Shown piece after piece: positions 36,575 through 39,890 of a DNA stretch of 39,890 nt; position 1 is the first letter of the stretch; each line of letters starts with the position of its first letter. Made by a program: the position numbers and the translations under genes. Below the pieces are notes generated by a model. That model was not told the origin of the DNA, did no database searches, and was given only the letters and a program-made list of their open reading frames with translations. Origin of the DNA: Verrucomicrobiales bacterium (lineage in GTDB: Bacteria > Verrucomicrobiota > Verrucomicrobiia > Verrucomicrobiales > V1-33); the NCBI GenBank assembly GCA_031411295.1, contig JANOAV010000099.1, positions 1-39,890 on the forward strand, given 5' to 3'.

Positions 36575-37325
36575 ACCCACCCATCCTCCCGCCGCCAAGC
36601 TTGACCCCAATCAACCCGTGCTGCGGCCACATGAATTCGACGGCATCCAAGAATACGATCAGCGCCTGCCTAACTGGTGGCTCGCCACGCTCTACATCGC
36701 CATCCTCTGGGCGTTCTTCTCCTGGATCTGGGACTTCCAAGTCTCTCGTCCGTTGAACATCGCCACCACCGATGCCCAGCGCGTTAGTGCAGAAGTAGCG
36801 GCCGTGAAAAAGCAGCAGGCCGACAACATGCAGAGCCTGCTGAGCACACTGGACGACAAGCGCTTCTGGGAAATGTCGAAAGACACAGACTTGATCGCTC
36901 GCGGACAACTGACGTTCGATACCATCTGCTCCGCCTGCCATGCCAAAGACATGACAGCCACGATGGCCGGTGGAATTAAACTCCCCGGTCTCCCGCTCAA
37001 CGACGATGAATGGAAATACGGCGGCAAGCCCATGGATATCTTCAAGATTGTCACCAAGGGCTCTCCCGATGTTGCCAAAGGCATGATCGCTTGGGAACCA
37101 CAGATCGGTGGCGTGAAAGTGGCCGAAGTCGTGGCTTACATCTGCAGCAAGCATGAACCCGGCAAGGAACGCATGGCTCCACCAGAGTCAGCAGCCAGTG
37201 CGGCCCCCGCTCCTGGTGCTACTCCGCCCGTGACGCCTCCTGCCGCACCTCCCGCAGCGCCTGCTCCAGCAACTCCTGCTGCTGCGGCCCCGGCTCCAGC
37301 GCCCACGGTGCCGCCTACTCAGTAG
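36564..37325 (+). CDS. ccoP: cbb3-type oxidase subunit III (monoheme CcoP)
   Basis: HEFDGIQEYDQRLPNWW, a single CSACH, GMIAW, Pro/Ala-rich tail. Confidence 0.92.
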   Translation: MATEPTHPPAAKLDPNQPVLRPHEFDGIQEYDQRLPNWWLATLYIAILWAFFSWIWDFQVSRPLNIATTDAQRVSAEVAAVKKQQADNMQSLLSTLDDKRFWEMSKDTDLIARGQLTFDTICSACHAKDMTATMAGGIKLPGLPLNDDEWKYGGKPMDIFKIVTKGSPDVAKGMIAWEPQIGGVKVAEVVAYICSKHEPGKERMAPPESAASAAPAPGATPPVTPPAAPPAAPAPATPAAAAPAPAPTVPPTQ

Positions 37326-37365
37326 ATAATATTGCGCCCCCTCCAGGCCATCCAACATCCCCCCA

Positions 37366-38784
<1,419 letters not shown>

Positions 38785-38792
38785 CCACCACC

Positions 38793-39074
38793 ATGAACAC
38801 CCCCATCGTCATTCGTCGGACTTGCGACAAGGCTTCCTGTTGTCATCAGGATCGCGGATCTTGCTGCAGCGAGGTCCACCGGGAAGATTCTCTGCCAGCG
38901 GGAGGCCCTGTTGCCAGTCCGAGGAATGACGATGATTCATGGTTTTATCGAAACCCCTGGATCTGGTTCTGGGTCGCATTTCTCGTGCTCATCAGCGTCT
39001 GGATTACATTTTTCACGCTGGCCTCCAAGAATCCGCCGCAAGTCATCCCCATGCCCGCTAAACTTCATGGCTAG
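38793..39074 (+). CDS. Small membrane protein with Cys/His-rich N-terminus, in the ccoH position
   Basis: CDKASCCH...SCC followed by one hydrophobic helix (PWIWFWVAFLVLISVWITFF); 8 bp after ccoG and overlapping the next gene. Confidence 0.6.
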   Translation: MNTPIVIRRTCDKASCCHQDRGSCCSEVHREDSLPAGGPVASPRNDDDSWFYRNPWIWFWVAFLVLISVWITFFTLASKNPPQVIPMPAKLHG

Positions 39075-39738
39075 TCCCGCGATGAACACCGTGGCTGGGG
39101 CCTTTGTGGTCGGGCTGCTAACCAGCCTGCATTGCGCCACCATGTGCGGCCCGCTCCTCTGCGCAGCGTTGCCAAAGCCCAGTCTGGGGTATCACTTCGG
39201 ACGCATGATTTCCTACACCACGCTGGGCGCGGTGGCAGGCGCACTGGGGATGGTGCCATTGCAGAAGCTCATGAAGAGCCCACTCATCGCCCTGCCCTGG
39301 ATGCTGGTCCTTTTGCTCGTAGCGATTATCATCGGCTGGAAACCTCGGCTGCCGAAACCGTTGTTTCTCCGTAAATTCACCGCCCGCTGGACCATCCAAC
39401 ACGGCCCCGCCAAAGGATTCATGCTCGGCCTGATCACCCCTCTGCTGCCGTGCGCTCCGCTCTACCTCATGCTCGCAGCCTGTCTGGTGGCTGGATCCGC
39501 ATCCTTGGGCGGACAATTTGCCTTCTCCTTCACCCTCGGCACCATGCCGCTGCTCTGGCTCTCACATGTTGGTTGGGGCCAGTTGCGCTTGAAACTTTCG
39601 CCCCAGCGCCTGCGGATCGTGCAACGCTCCGTGGCTCTCATTGCGTTAGTCATGGTCGTCTGGCGCTTGCAAACGCTCCACTCGGAAGCCGCCGAACCCA
39701 AGTGCCCCATGTGCGCTGCCGCGGAGGGCATGCCATGA
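39067..39738 (+). CDS. DsbD_2 / sulfite exporter TauE-SafE-like membrane protein of cbb3 operons
   Basis: SLHCATMCGPL, YHFGRMISYTTLG, LLPCAPLY, FTLGTMPLL, C-terminal CPMC. Confidence 0.88.
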   Translation: MASPAMNTVAGAFVVGLLTSLHCATMCGPLLCAALPKPSLGYHFGRMISYTTLGAVAGALGMVPLQKLMKSPLIALPWMLVLLLVAIIIGWKPRLPKPLFLRKFTARWTIQHGPAKGFMLGLITPLLPCAPLYLMLAACLVAGSASLGGQFAFSFTLGTMPLLWLSHVGWGQLRLKLSPQRLRIVQRSVALIALVMVVWRLQTLHSEAAEPKCPMCAAAEGMP

Positions 39739-39743
39739 ATCAA

Positions 39744-39890
39744 GGTGGAGCGAGGCTGCGCCCGAGCCAGTCGGGAGAGGAACCATCCGAGTTCAATAAA
39801 ACCCTGCCTAGCGAAAATCGAATTCCGCAACCCACGACCATGAAGAACTCGCCAAAACAACCTGACGACGGGCTCGGGCACAGCCTCGCT
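39744..39890. repeat. Inverted REP-like pair, cut by the window end
   Basis: AGCGAGGCTGCGCCCGAGCC (39749-39768) is the reverse complement of GGCTCGGGCACAGCCTCGCT (39871-39890) with 1 mismatch. Confidence 0.75.

Noticed and set aside
39735..39890. Start of a further gene such as ccoI from the ATGA overlap
   Set aside because: The open frame runs through both arms of the REP-like pair and shows no ATPase or metal-binding motif; too short to support.

Overview
Chromosomal segment that looks like a Verrucomicrobia-type genome (inferred from the PEP-CTERM protein, the lamin-tail/CotH protein and the fused ccoNO). The left end (1-5372) is a tightly packed, co-directional accessory cluster: a 5'-truncated type IIG/Eco57I-like adenine methyltransferase, DinD, a degenerate PLD-fold/coiled-coil protein split by one in-frame TAG, a nuclease-less Mrr_N protein and a short DprA/SLOG protein. 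This is the best candidate for an undescribed defence module. The rest is mostly core or metabolic: SAM methyltransferase, 2-oxoacid:ferredoxin oxidoreductase alpha/beta, an alpha/beta-hydrolase lipoprotein, gatCA, Dabb, CotH/lamin-tail protein, MoxR, DUF2235, ABC ATPase, an IF-1-like protein, PEP-CTERM protein, PQQ sugar dehydrogenase, tag, a Zn-ribbon membrane protein, FAD oxidase, gamma-carbonic anhydrase, HU, manA, agmatine deiminase, bioF and a cbb3 oxidase operon. Several intergenic regions hold different REP-like palindromes, including a nested element at about 6.7-7.2 kb with a related copy at about 33.3 kb. No rRNA, tRNA, CRISPR array, transposase or integrase was recognised. All family calls come from reading motifs by eye, not from database searches.
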